Origin: Verrucomicrobiaceae bacterium
GTDB lineage: Bacteria; Verrucomicrobiota; Verrucomicrobiia; Verrucomicrobiales; Akkermansiaceae
NCBI GenBank assembly: GCA_051252135.1
Contig: JBPOGH010000012.1
Location: 1 to 64,000 of the forward strand
Direction of reading: 5' to 3'
Length of the DNA stretch: 64,000 bases
Positions 38,575 through 48,510 of the stretch are shown one piece after another. The notes under the pieces are model-generated. The model was not told where the DNA came from and searched no databases. It saw only the letters and a list, made by a program, of their open reading frames with translations. Position numbers and translations under genes: made by a program. Each line of letters starts with the position of its first letter. The first letter of the stretch is position 1.

Positions 38575-41076
38575 CTAGCGATTACGGTATGTTTTTCCGG
38601 CGGGATCAACTAGCTCCACCTGAACCAAAATAATAAGATTCTTTTTAATAGTGGAAAGGCCTTCTGAACGGAAAAATCGCCCAATGAGAGGCAGATTCTT
38701 GAGAACCGGAGTCCCGTCTTCAAACTTTTGCACCGTTTCTCTTACCTGTCCACCAATCACAATCGCCTGACCATCGGCGATCGTCACCGTGGTATTCGCC
38801 TCGATACTGCGGATAAGCGGCTTGAGAATTGCATTCGGAGTCACCTCCCCCACATCGGTAGTGGTTGTAAAACTATCGCCTCCAGCTCCACCTCCGGCCA
38901 AATTACTGACCACGCTGCTGTTTGAACCAATAATCGGAGTGCCGTAGTTTACAAAACCCAGCAAATCCCGAACACGCGGCTTCACGGAAACCTCGATCGT
39001 TCTCCTGTCAGCACTAACCGTAGGGACCACTTCCAGAGTCACTCCGAGCTCGGTCTGGAGGAAACTCGTGGGCGTCGAAGGGACAATCGGAACCGCGCCC
39101 GAAGCACTGGCACCTTCACCGGTAACCAGGTCGACAAAATCCGTGCTTCCCACGGAGTTGGGAAGTTCGGGGGGCTCGTATTCATCGGGATAGAAAAGTT
39201 CTCTCACCGACTTGATAACCGCATTCTGACCGGACCTTGTAATGACCTCGGGACGGGTCATCAAATCAACCCCCTTCTTTTGAGAAAACCCTCTCAGCAA
39301 TATCTGATGCAAGCTTCCACTGATAATCCCTTGAACTGAAATGGCTCCCGGAGCCCGGTTTTCACCACCTCCTCCGGCCGGAGGAATAATGAGTGTTGAA
39401 GTACTCGACAAACCGGCGGAACCCCCGGTGAGTCTTCCAGCCGGCAGCGTGGGCGGCTTTCGCGTCAGGAGGGAATCCAGACCTTCAACAGTGACTGCCT
39501 CGGAACCACTCCGGTTACCTGAAGTGACCGGACTTCCGGAGATCATATCTGCCAAATCGGAGCCACTTCCTACGGACCCACCCGCAAGATAGACTCCCCC
39601 TCCCACATTGATGGCATTCAGGATCTGATCGTATCCCAGCTCCTGGAGATTCTCATTTGTCACCTCAATGATACTCGTTCTCACGATCACGTTGACCGGT
39701 TCGGTCTCTGCAAGAGCGGAAGCAATTTGGGAAACCAAATCGAGATTGTCTGTCGTATTGCGAACTACCAAAGTGCTGGTGGACGAATTGTAATTCGCAC
39801 TCGAACCCTCGGGAAAGGTCACCCCCATCGACTTCAACTTTTCAAGCGCAGTCAAACGCCTGGCCAAAAGCGAGCCGCCTGCTGACGGTTCGGCGAATGG
39901 ATCATCGGTGTCTCCTTGTCCTCCGATTGCGCTACTTGTGAGGAAGTCCGGCGGCACCCGAAACTCCCGACGAATCAGCGACTGATCAGTGGCACCCAGC
40001 GGGCGGATCACGATCGCAAATTCATCAACCCGATACTGGGTCCGTGTCGCTTCGGTAACCATCTTGAGAACCTGCTCCAAAGGAACATTATTCACCTGGA
40101 GATTAATCCGCGCATTACGAATTTGTTGAACAAGGGGATGATCCTCACTCCCGAGTTGAACGATAAAATCGATTCCCTTCGGAACACCATCAAGATTGGT
40201 GGTGTCGTTTTGAACGGAAATACTTTTCAGATAATCGATCGCTTCAAAGATCGTTGTATCCTGCATGTCGACCACAGGCACATTGATCGACCGGAGTTTG
40301 AGCAATGGAGTCGAAACAGCCACCATTCCTCCATTGGAAAGGAGGCCGGCACCAATTTCCGGAGGTGCTTCCTGATGGTCCAAATTCTCCCACTGGGATT
40401 CGACATCCGCCATGAGCTTTGCCTTGGTCTGATCGCGGGCAGCATCCGTATAATCGGACCGGTACCAATTGACCCGCTCCATCCCGCGGCGGGCAGCCTT
40501 GTTGTATGGATCAACTCTCAAGACATCCTCGTAGGTCATTTGCGACCGATCGAATTGACCCAAATCCATAAACCCCTGGGCCTCATACAGAAGCCGGCGG
40601 ACCTTATCCACATTTGCACTGTGCTCCTTCGTCAACGCAGGGTTTGTGCGTATCGGATCGTCAAGCTTATCACGAAGCTGCTCCACATGAGGATTACCGG
40701 CATCAATTGTCTCAGCGTCGACGGCATCCAGGAGATCATTTGCAGTCGCGTAGTCTCCTGTCCGCGCAAGAATGCGAGCCTGCTCAACAGAAGCCTGGGA
40801 AAATCGTTGCACCGCAGCAGCGCGCAACTCGGCGGCGGCTCCAGCCTGCCGCGGGAGCGCGCCCACGGCATTCCGGTAATGATCAACCGCTGCCTTGAAG
40901 TCTCCCTCACGGTAGGAGGCGTCGCCCTGCACCAGAAGCTCGGAAGCATTCTGACTGGCTGCGGCCCGCTTTTGGACCTCACGATCTTCGGCACCACTTT
41001 GAGCATAAAGTGAACATCCGGACGTAAGAATCGAGGCGACGAGGAGACGCCTGGTAAAATATTTCAATCCACCCAT
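38575..41076 (-). CDS. Secretin-type outer membrane protein (Amuc_1098-like, type IV pilus/T2SS family) with N-terminal TPRs
   Basis: Motifs YPDEYEPPELP, GVTLEVVPTV, GFVNYGTPI, P+LKNLPLIGRFFRS and NLIILV. Confidence 0.88.
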   Translation of the reverse strand: MGGLKYFTRRLLVASILTSGCSLYAQSGAEDREVQKRAAASQNASELLVQGDASYREGDFKAAVDHYRNAVGALPRQAGAAAELRAAAVQRFSQASVEQARILARTGDYATANDLLDAVDAETIDAGNPHVEQLRDKLDDPIRTNPALTKEHSANVDKVRRLLYEAQGFMDLGQFDRSQMTYEDVLRVDPYNKAARRGMERVNWYRSDYTDAARDQTKAKLMADVESQWENLDHQEAPPEIGAGLLSNGGMVAVSTPLLKLRSINVPVVDMQDTTIFEAIDYLKSISVQNDTTNLDGVPKGIDFIVQLGSEDHPLVQQIRNARINLQVNNVPLEQVLKMVTEATRTQYRVDEFAIVIRPLGATDQSLIRREFRVPPDFLTSSAIGGQGDTDDPFAEPSAGGSLLARRLTALEKLKSMGVTFPEGSSANYNSSTSTLVVRNTTDNLDLVSQIASALAETEPVNVIVRTSIIEVTNENLQELGYDQILNAINVGGGVYLAGGSVGSGSDLADMISGSPVTSGNRSGSEAVTVEGLDSLLTRKPPTLPAGRLTGGSAGLSSTSTLIIPPAGGGGENRAPGAISVQGIISGSLHQILLRGFSQKKGVDLMTRPEVITRSGQNAVIKSVRELFYPDEYEPPELPNSVGSTDFVDLVTGEGASASGAVPIVPSTPTSFLQTELGVTLEVVPTVSADRRTIEVSVKPRVRDLLGFVNYGTPIIGSNSSVVSNLAGGGAGGDSFTTTTDVGEVTPNAILKPLIRSIEANTTVTIADGQAIVIGGQVRETVQKFEDGTPVLKNLPLIGRFFRSEGLSTIKKNLIILVQVELVDPAGKTYRNR

Positions 41077-41156
41077 ATCGTAGGAGGCTTCGGTATAACG
41101 GGGATCAGCCTCTACCGTAAGCCGAAAATTACGAAAATTACCCCTCTTCCGCCAAC

Positions 41157-41300
41157 CTATTGAAATGGCAGTTCGAGCTGTTGATTCGAATTCGGCTCCC
41201 GCAGCCTCAGTGTCCGCTTAAGACTCCACACTCCCCGACGCAACATAACAAGCTGCCAACGCATCCAGACCAATTTCACTTTCCACTTTATCGTGTTCAT
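41157..41300 (-). CDS. Putative 47-aa small protein with C-terminal beta-clamp-like motif
   Basis: MNTIKWKVKLVWMRWQLVMLRRGVWSLKRTLRLREPNSNQQLELPFQ; preceded by TTGTAA-N16-TAAAGT-N6-ATG. Confidence 0.5.
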   Translation of the reverse strand: MNTIKWKVKLVWMRWQLVMLRRGVWSLKRTLRLREPNSNQQLELPFQ

Positions 41301-41337
41301 GGGAACACTTTATTGGATCGCGATTCCTTTACAAGCC

Positions 41338-43317
41338 TTAATCTTCTCCCGCTTCCGGTAAACTCGTCCTAACAACCCGATCCACGACATGTTTCGTTAC
41401 CAGATTCCCCTTAGAGGCCCGCCCCTTGATGGCTATTTCTCCAAAATGGAACTGACGGGAAACGTTCCGCAGCCTCAAAACCGGCTTGAGATGGACCAAC
41501 ACCACATTGTCGGCACTCGCTTGCTCGGAATCATGAACCGCAAAATAAAGCACCCGTGACCCCTTCGTCCCCTTCCCCATCTCGTAGACCTTATCCCGGG
41601 TCACTCCACCGGCACGGAATCGCTTCGCATAAACCGGACCATCCCGACCCTCACGATAGATCATCGAGTAAATCTTCTCTTCATCTTTCCGGAATACCGC
41701 CACATGAACCGGCCGCTTACCCACGAAAACCTTGTCCGTCACCTTCATCACCCTCATCTCTCCATCCTGGGAAAATGCGATAATGTCATCCAAGGTGGAA
41801 CACTTCTCAATCGGATCATCCTTCTTCAAGCCATAACCGGCAAAGCCATTCTTGAGATCAAGGTAAAGCGTCTCACTCGCCACAACCACCGCTGAACGCT
41901 TCACAACTCCGAATTCGGCAATCTCGGTCTTCCGCTCCCGCCCCTTACCGTACTTCTTGAGGAGGGCCTTAAAGTAAGCAATGGAATATCGCGTGATGTT
42001 CTTGATATTCTTTTCCGTTTCAGCAATCCGATCTTCAAGTCCACTGATCTCTTCGTCCGCGCGGAAGGAATCAAATTTCGAAATTCTCTTGATCCGGATC
42101 TCCGTGAGACGAGTGATATCATCAACCGTAATCTCTCTCTTGAAGAGCTTCTTGAACGACGTCAACCCCTTGTCGATTGCCTCAATCACCGCATCCCACG
42201 TTTCACATTCCTCGATATCACGGTAGATCCGGTTCTCGATGAAGATCTTCTCCAATGAACTAAAATGCCACTTTTCCTGAAGCTCACCCAAAAGAATCTG
42301 CAGCTCCAGCAGCAGCAGCTCCTTCGTCGCAAAAGCCGACGACTTAAGAATTTCTGTCATCCTAAGAAACTGGGGACGACCATCCGCAATCACACAAGAG
42401 TTCGGAGAAATACTGACTTCACAATCGGTAAAGGCATACAGCGCATCCCTCGTCGTCTCGGCATCAGCCCCGGCCGGCAAATGAACCAAAATATCGACCT
42501 CCTCAGCGACGTTATCGTCAATCTTGGAAATCTTAATCTTCCCCTTGTCGTTGGCGTTAACGATCGACTCCATCAGACTCACCGTATTGACGCCATAGGG
42601 AACTGATTTGATGCGAAGGAGTTTTTTCTTCTCTATCTCAATCTCCGCGCGCACCCGTACCTTCCCGCCCCGAATTCCATCTCGATAGTCACTGACATCG
42701 ATCAGACCACCGGTCGCAAAATCCGGGAAGAGTTCAAACTTCTCTTTCCTGAGCACCTTGATGCAGGCCTCAATCAATTCACAAAAATTGTGAGGCAGAA
42801 CCTTGCAAGCCAAGCCCACTGCGATCCCTTCGACCCCTTGTGCCAGAAGAAGAGGAAATTTCATCGGCAGCACAACCGGCTCCTTGTTCCGGCCGTCATA
42901 GCTCCGCGTCCACTCCGTGGTTTTGGGATTGAATGCGACTTCCAGCGCAAAGGGAGTCAGTCGGGCTTCAATGTATCGGGGAGCAGCCGCCCGATCACCG
43001 GTGAGAACATTTCCCCAGTTCCCCTGGGCATCAATCAACAAATCCTTCTGGCCCAACTGAACCATCGCATCACCAATCGAAGCATCCCCGTGGGGGTGAT
43101 ACTTCATCGTGTTCCCCACGATGTTGGCCACCTTGTTGTAGCGACCATCCTCCAACTCTTTCATCGAATGCAGAATCCGCCTCTGCACCGGCTTCAATCC
43201 ATCTCCCAAATGCGGAACCGCACGCTCCATGATCACATAACTGGCGTAATCCAGAAAGTAATCCGAATACATCCCCCCCAATGTCAGGTTCTCGCGAGGT
43301 TCATCGATTTCTTCCAT
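41338..43317 (-). CDS. parC: DNA topoisomerase IV subunit A
   Basis: DGLKPVQRR, YHPHGD and catalytic AAPRY; short C-terminal domain with no evident GyrA box. Confidence 0.88.
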   Translation of the reverse strand: MEEIDEPRENLTLGGMYSDYFLDYASYVIMERAVPHLGDGLKPVQRRILHSMKELEDGRYNKVANIVGNTMKYHPHGDASIGDAMVQLGQKDLLIDAQGNWGNVLTGDRAAAPRYIEARLTPFALEVAFNPKTTEWTRSYDGRNKEPVVLPMKFPLLLAQGVEGIAVGLACKVLPHNFCELIEACIKVLRKEKFELFPDFATGGLIDVSDYRDGIRGGKVRVRAEIEIEKKKLLRIKSVPYGVNTVSLMESIVNANDKGKIKISKIDDNVAEEVDILVHLPAGADAETTRDALYAFTDCEVSISPNSCVIADGRPQFLRMTEILKSSAFATKELLLLELQILLGELQEKWHFSSLEKIFIENRIYRDIEECETWDAVIEAIDKGLTSFKKLFKREITVDDITRLTEIRIKRISKFDSFRADEEISGLEDRIAETEKNIKNITRYSIAYFKALLKKYGKGRERKTEIAEFGVVKRSAVVVASETLYLDLKNGFAGYGLKKDDPIEKCSTLDDIIAFSQDGEMRVMKVTDKVFVGKRPVHVAVFRKDEEKIYSMIYREGRDGPVYAKRFRAGGVTRDKVYEMGKGTKGSRVLYFAVHDSEQASADNVVLVHLKPVLRLRNVSRQFHFGEIAIKGRASKGNLVTKHVVDRVVRTSLPEAGED

Positions 43318-43396
43318 GGGCAGCTAAGATACCTAAGAAGATTGAATGATCAACCTTCCCGTGCCAATGTTAAAATGGAGCCCGACCCGTTTCCAA

Positions 43397-45466
43397 TCAG
43401 GGAGCTTCCACAATCCGATAGAAACGCTTCGAAAGGGTCGGAGCGATCGTATCGGTAAAGCTAAACGTCACCGTTCCGTCCGGATTGTCAGCTTCGGTAA
43501 ACCCACCTGGCAAAACCAACCATGGATCCTCATTGTTCAAATCATTTGTCCGCTCGATCGCCCACACCAAGGTGCCCAAACCGGTCACAACCATGTCGGC
43601 CTCTCCGGTCGTCGGATCAATCGAAAGCGACAAAATTCTCGGGTCCGGCCCCACAGGAGGCTGAATCTCATCCGAATTCAGCGCGCCGGGAGTATCGATC
43701 GCAGGCACTTCATCGGAACCAAATGGGCCCAGAACCCACGCGCCTGTTCCGTTTGGAGAACGAAGAACGTGTGCCGGGACAAATCCTCCTTCACCAAGAA
43801 CATCGGTAAATCCAAGTGACGCGGCATATCCAAAGCCTACCGTCCCCGGTGCCTCCCCGGGCTCAACAATCGACACGGCATCAATGATTGAACCCCACGG
43901 AGTTGAATCGATCATCCCGTCGTTGTCTGTATCCAGGTCATCGTTAATCGAGCCCGTGAAATCAGTGACCAGCAAGAATGTTTCCGTGTCCCCATTCTCA
44001 AAAATATTTGTTCCGGCAAAATAATCCGGTGTGGCCCCAATGATTCCGTCATTCGCAATCAGAAAATAGTTTCCATTCACCGTACTTCCGGAGAGATCAT
44101 AGGCCCGATCGATGTTTCCCGAAGTGTCACTTCCTCCGCGATCCCCCACCACAATCAACCAAATCCGGGTAAGATCGTAATTGGGGGTAGCCCCAAAAAT
44201 CTCCAAATATTCCTGTGTATCCGTCCCCACGTTATCAGTTCGCAATTCGTTGATCACAATGTCTGGTGCCGCGAATGCTTCATCGTCTGTCACCACAATC
44301 CGAATGTCCGCAAAGAGAATAATTCCGTCGGGATCGCTCACAGTAAGATCAACTCCCTGCGCACCGTCAACGTCAGCATCGTTCACTGCGTTCACCGTGA
44401 AAGTTGCCGTAGTCTCATTGGCCGCAATTGATACAGATGCCGGTGCCGTAAGCTCTCCTGAATCAGAGTTTAGAACATCAAAGGTATAGCCATCCGGACT
44501 AGCAGCACTAATCGTAACCGTTACTACCGAGCTTCCGCCATTTTCAGAGATCGAAAGCGGATCGGCATCCAGAGAAATAGTCGGAACCGGATCCTCATCA
44601 TCTTCGATGGTCACGCTGGCGTTCCCTGAAAAAAGATCGTTTGCAGATGCCGTGATTGTCGCCGTTTGGCTGGCATCCTGATCACCATCATCCACAGCAT
44701 CGACATCGAAAGTTGCCGAAGGCTGTCCCGCTGGGATTTGAACCGATGCAGGAACCGTCACTTCGGAAGTATCACTGCTTGCCAGATTTACGGTGATCGC
44801 CGCGGAAGTATCTCCACTCCTGCTCACCGTCCCGGTCGCCGCCGCCGCACCAGCTGCTTCGGAAAAAGTGTCGGGAGAAATGATCAGAGTCAGACTATCA
44901 CCCGCAAAGGGATTGCCATCCACCTTCGTCCCCGGCGAATACAAGGAACCATTTGCTCCGGATGCTGTGGAATGCTCAACCAGTGGGTCGGTTCCAGTCA
45001 CATCTGGATCCCGGGTAATGGACTGGTTATTTCCACCCTCCGAACCGTAGGTATAAGACACAATGATGTTGGAATTCGCATCAGACAGGGTAACGGAATC
45101 ACCACCATTGTTGAGACCCAGACCGCCTTCACTCGAAATCTGGGTAATTGCGCCCCCAAATGTTCCTGTCACAGCTCCTCCTCCAAAAACAAGCACCACT
45201 TGACCATCTGCCACCACTGTTGAACCACTAAAAGTGTGCCTCAGGCCAAACCCATCCGTAATCGTCCAATTTTCAATATCAACCGAGACTCCCGTATTAT
45301 TGATCAACTCAACGAATTCATCGTTAGTGCTATCTCGGGTCCCGTCACCATTGGCATCACCGGTAATATCAGCAGCTGGGTCCGCATGAATTTCGTTGAT
45401 CACCCATTGGGCGGAGAGCGAACTGCCTGCCAAGGCAAAAATGAAAGGGGCATAGAATAATTTCAT
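43397..45466 (-). CDS. Secreted lamin-tail-domain protein with Calx-beta-like repeats
   Basis: Signal peptide, VINEIHAD...DEFVEL...LNNGGDSV, Calx-beta-like VDDGDQD/VNDADVDG repeats, a second VINE domain and a C-terminal DL..W...FYR tail. Confidence 0.82.
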   Translation of the reverse strand: MKLFYAPFIFALAGSSLSAQWVINEIHADPAADITGDANGDGTRDSTNDEFVELINNTGVSVDIENWTITDGFGLRHTFSGSTVVADGQVVLVFGGGAVTGTFGGAITQISSEGGLGLNNGGDSVTLSDANSNIIVSYTYGSEGGNNQSITRDPDVTGTDPLVEHSTASGANGSLYSPGTKVDGNPFAGDSLTLIISPDTFSEAAGAAAATGTVSRSGDTSAAITVNLASSDTSEVTVPASVQIPAGQPSATFDVDAVDDGDQDASQTATITASANDLFSGNASVTIEDDEDPVPTISLDADPLSISENGGSSVVTVTISAASPDGYTFDVLNSDSGELTAPASVSIAANETTATFTVNAVNDADVDGAQGVDLTVSDPDGIILFADIRIVVTDDEAFAAPDIVINELRTDNVGTDTQEYLEIFGATPNYDLTRIWLIVVGDRGGSDTSGNIDRAYDLSGSTVNGNYFLIANDGIIGATPDYFAGTNIFENGDTETFLLVTDFTGSINDDLDTDNDGMIDSTPWGSIIDAVSIVEPGEAPGTVGFGYAASLGFTDVLGEGGFVPAHVLRSPNGTGAWVLGPFGSDEVPAIDTPGALNSDEIQPPVGPDPRILSLSIDPTTGEADMVVTGLGTLVWAIERTNDLNNEDPWLVLPGGFTEADNPDGTVTFSFTDTIAPTLSKRFYRIVEAP

Positions 45467-45575
45467 CAATTTGGAATGGGGAGATTTCTGAAGACCGTCT
45501 GCACGATCCGCGCCATCTATACCCCCGCCCGCCTTTCTCGCCAAACACTTCTTTGCGGCGGTGCCGTCACGTAGC

Positions 45576-47423
45576 CTAAACCTCCGCCGTATCAACGTCC
45601 TCCCGCAGATTTTCGATGATGTAACCCTGACGATCGGGAGTATTTTTCCCCATGTAAAATGTCAGCATTTCCTTGAGACCCTTCCCCTCTTCCATCTGAA
45701 CCGGATCAAGACGAATGCTTTTTCCGATCATGTGTTTGAATTCATCCGGGGAAATCTCACCCAAACCTTTGAATCGCGTGATCTCGGGATTCCGCCCAAG
45801 ATCCTTCATCGCCTGCTCCCTCTCCGCCTCATCATAGCAATAACGGGTCTCCTTCTTGTTGCGCACCCGGAACAACGGAGTCTGAAGAATAAAAACGTGC
45901 CCTTCCCGAATCAACTCGGGGAAAAACTGCAGGAAAAAGGTCAGCAACAAAAGCCGGATATGCATCCCGTCCACATCGGCATCGGTCGCAATCACCACCC
46001 GGTTGAACCGCAACCCCTCGATATCGTCTTCAATCCCCAAAGCCGCCTGAAGAAAGGCGAACTCCTCGTTCTGATAAACAATCTTTTTGGAGAGACCAAA
46101 GGTATTGAGCGGCTTGCCTCGCAACGAAAAAACCGCCTGGGTTTCGACATCACGACACTTCGTAATCGAACCACTCGCACTGTCCCCCTCGGTCAGAAAA
46201 ACCGTCGTCTCGGGTCCCCGCTTGTGCTTCGTGTTGAAGTGCGCCCGACAATCACGAAGCTTCTTATTGTGAACTTTGACCTGCTTGGCCCGCTCTCTGG
46301 CAAGCTTCTTCACCCCACTCAGCTCCTTGCGTTCCCGCTCTGCAGCCAAAATCCGCTTTTGAATCGCTTCCGCCGCCGGGGGATTCTTATGAAGATAGTT
46401 ATCCAGCTCCTCCTTTAGGAAATTCCCGATAAACGTCCTCACCGTCTCCCCATCAGGAGACACCGTGGCCGATCCCAATTTTGTTTTGGTCTGGCTCTCA
46501 AAAACCGGCTCCTCAATCCGAACCGAGATTGCCCCCGTAATACCCGCCCGGATGTCGGAAGGGTCATAATTCTTCTTATAGAAATCGCGGATCACCTTCA
46601 CCAGAGCCTCTCGAAAAGCCGCCAGGTGCGTCCCCCCCTGATGGGTGTTCTGCCCGTTCACGAAAGAATAGTAATCCTCGCTTCCACCCGCAGTGTGAGT
46701 GAAGCAAACATCGATATCCTTACCCGCCAACTGAATGGGAGCATACAGCGCCTCATCATCCATCTCCTCCTTGAGCAGATCAAGAAGCCCGTTCTTGGAC
46801 TTGTATTTCTTGCCGTTGAAAACCAGCGCAAGCCCGGGATTCAAATAACAATAGTACCGGCACATCTTCGCCACAAAAGGCTCACGAAACTTGGTGCGCG
46901 CCGGAAACACCGACCTGTCCACCTCAAAGGCCAACCTCGTTCCCTCCTCCGATTTGTCGGCAATGGGCTCCTTCATCTCCTCGACCACCTCGCCCTTGCT
47001 AAACTCAATCGCCTTGGTCTTCCCTTCCCGCCACGCCTGGATTTCGAAGAAATCACTCAACGCGTTTACCGCCTTGATGCCCACCCCGTTCAAGCCCACC
47101 GACTTCTTAAATGCCTCACTGTCATACTTGGCCCCCGTATTGATCTTCGCCGCACAATCCATCAGCTTACCCAACGGAATCCCCCGACCAAAATCCCGAA
47201 CTTCCACCCTTCCCTCGTCATCAATCTCAATCCGAATCTCTTTCCCGTGGCCCATCACAAATTCGTCCACCGAATTATCCAGAGCCTCCTTCAACAAAAT
47301 ATAAATACCATCCTCGGGCGACGACCCATCCCCCAGCTTGCCGATGTACATCCCCGGACGAAGTCGGATATGCTCCCTCCAGTCCAAACTTTTGATGTCA
47401 TCTTCCGTGTACGTGGCAGCCAT
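45576..47423 (-). CDS. parE: DNA topoisomerase IV subunit B
   Basis: [43 protein letters not shown] and RFKGLGE. Confidence 0.9.
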   Translation of the reverse strand: MAATYTEDDIKSLDWREHIRLRPGMYIGKLGDGSSPEDGIYILLKEALDNSVDEFVMGHGKEIRIEIDDEGRVEVRDFGRGIPLGKLMDCAAKINTGAKYDSEAFKKSVGLNGVGIKAVNALSDFFEIQAWREGKTKAIEFSKGEVVEEMKEPIADKSEEGTRLAFEVDRSVFPARTKFREPFVAKMCRYYCYLNPGLALVFNGKKYKSKNGLLDLLKEEMDDEALYAPIQLAGKDIDVCFTHTAGGSEDYYSFVNGQNTHQGGTHLAAFREALVKVIRDFYKKNYDPSDIRAGITGAISVRIEEPVFESQTKTKLGSATVSPDGETVRTFIGNFLKEELDNYLHKNPPAAEAIQKRILAAERERKELSGVKKLARERAKQVKVHNKKLRDCRAHFNTKHKRGPETTVFLTEGDSASGSITKCRDVETQAVFSLRGKPLNTFGLSKKIVYQNEEFAFLQAALGIEDDIEGLRFNRVVIATDADVDGMHIRLLLLTFFLQFFPELIREGHVFILQTPLFRVRNKKETRYCYDEAEREQAMKDLGRNPEITRFKGLGEISPDEFKHMIGKSIRLDPVQMEEGKGLKEMLTFYMGKNTPDRQGYIIENLREDVDTAEV

Positions 47424-47468
47424 GGCGTTGTTAAGAATTCCTAGATATCAACCTATCAGTCAAGGTCC

Positions 47469-47505
47469 AAAAAAAAGCGCCGCACCCTGAAATCGAGCCG
47501 ACGCT
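47469..47505 (-). terminator. Probable intrinsic terminator after the M15 peptidase gene
   Basis: Minus strand AGCGTCG...CGGCGCT imperfect hairpin followed by a T run. Confidence 0.5.
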
Positions 47506-47531
47506 GAAAAAAAATCATCCTTGGATTCAAA

Positions 47532-48146
47532 TCACCAATCCACGTTCTGACCGCGGGTGTCGATATGGGTAAAGGTGCTGTAGCGCCCCACTCCTCCCTT
47601 GAAGTATCCGCTCTTTCGGATTCTCCGCGCAACCGAAGCAACCGCTCCGGGAGAAGTCTTGAACTTAAGATCCAGCGCATAATTGCGCATGTGCCAGGAG
47701 TTCGATCCCGCACCTGGGCAACGTCGGTTATAGGAAGGACTGCGATAGGCCGAGGTCACTTCGGCAACCGGCATTCCAAGAGTTGCACCAATCCGGTCGG
47801 CAACCTTCAGGGAATTCGCCATCGCACGCCACGTATTCCGCTCGGGAAGGCTGTTCCATAGCGAACCCTTGCGCTTGGCATGAGCCTTCAACACTTGCTC
47901 GGGAGTCACGAACTTCAGACGAAGGCTTTTCAAATAACTGCCATATGACTGAACACTCCGCTCACCCTCCTGCCGGACCCAATCCCGGGGCAAAAAGCTC
48001 AAATCAAGCGGGCGCTCCTTCCGGAAAAGAAATGCGCTGCTGACACTCGTGGAAGCAACCAGACCAGTCACCGCCACAGCGGATTTGGCTAAAAATGATC
48101 GTCTTCCGGGAAGAAGGAGATGGGAATTATCCTCAGGATACGGCAT
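47532..48146 (-). CDS. Peptidase M15A (YcbK-like) with twin-arginine signal
   Basis: RRSFL Tat motif; SAYRS, SWHM...ALD and GGVGRY..FTHIDTRG. Confidence 0.9.
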   Translation of the reverse strand: MPYPEDNSHLLLPGRRSFLAKSAVAVTGLVASTSVSSAFLFRKERPLDLSFLPRDWVRQEGERSVQSYGSYLKSLRLKFVTPEQVLKAHAKRKGSLWNSLPERNTWRAMANSLKVADRIGATLGMPVAEVTSAYRSPSYNRRCPGAGSNSWHMRNYALDLKFKTSPGAVASVARRIRKSGYFKGGVGRYSTFTHIDTRGQNVDW

Positions 48147-48246
48147 GGCGGCGCGATAATATTGTGCAATTTACGACAACGCCAGCAGAAATATGAACAG
48201 TTAGATCGCCTTCCATCTTTCAGAAAAAATCTCGTTTCTTCAGGTG

Positions 48247-48274
48247 TTGACTTCACCGTTCCTCAAGCTAGCGT
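48247..48274 (+). promoter_or_regulatory. sigma70-type promoter of tRNA-Arg
   Basis: TTGACT-N16-TAGCGT, 17 nt before the tRNA. Confidence 0.6.
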
Positions 48275-48291
48275 CCCCACACCTTCAAGGA

Positions 48292-48366
48292 GGGTCCGTA
48301 GTTCAATGGATAGAACAATGGTTTCCGGTACCATAGATAGGGGTTCGACTCCCTTCGGACCTGCCA
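48292..48366 (+). tRNA. tRNA-Arg (anticodon CCG)
   Basis: GGGTCCG acceptor stem, anticodon arm ATGGT-TTCCGGT-ACCAT, GGTTCGACTCC, encoded CCA. Confidence 0.96.
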
Positions 48367-48510
48367 CTCCCGCGATCAAAAGCGGAGATCCGGCCCCCGG
48401 ACCGGCCCCCGGATTTTCTTCCCAGGCCGGTTGAGCAAGCAAGCCTCCCTCCCTTCCTGACTTTCTGATTCTCGGGTTTAAAAGTCTCCACGATGGGCTA
48501 CTGATATTCT

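Noticed and set aside
43350..43368. TTGGCACG sigma54-like site upstream of parC (minus strand)
   Set aside because: No GC at the -12 position (GG-N10-TT).
41338..47423. Calling the type II topoisomerase genes gyrA/gyrB
   Set aside because: The short A-subunit C-terminal domain without an evident GyrA box and the divergent motifs fit topoisomerase IV better.
48385..48420. CCGGCCCCCGGA direct repeat after tRNA-Arg as an att site
   Set aside because: Only a 12-nt tandem duplication within a probable weak terminator hairpin; unrelated to the tRNA sequence.
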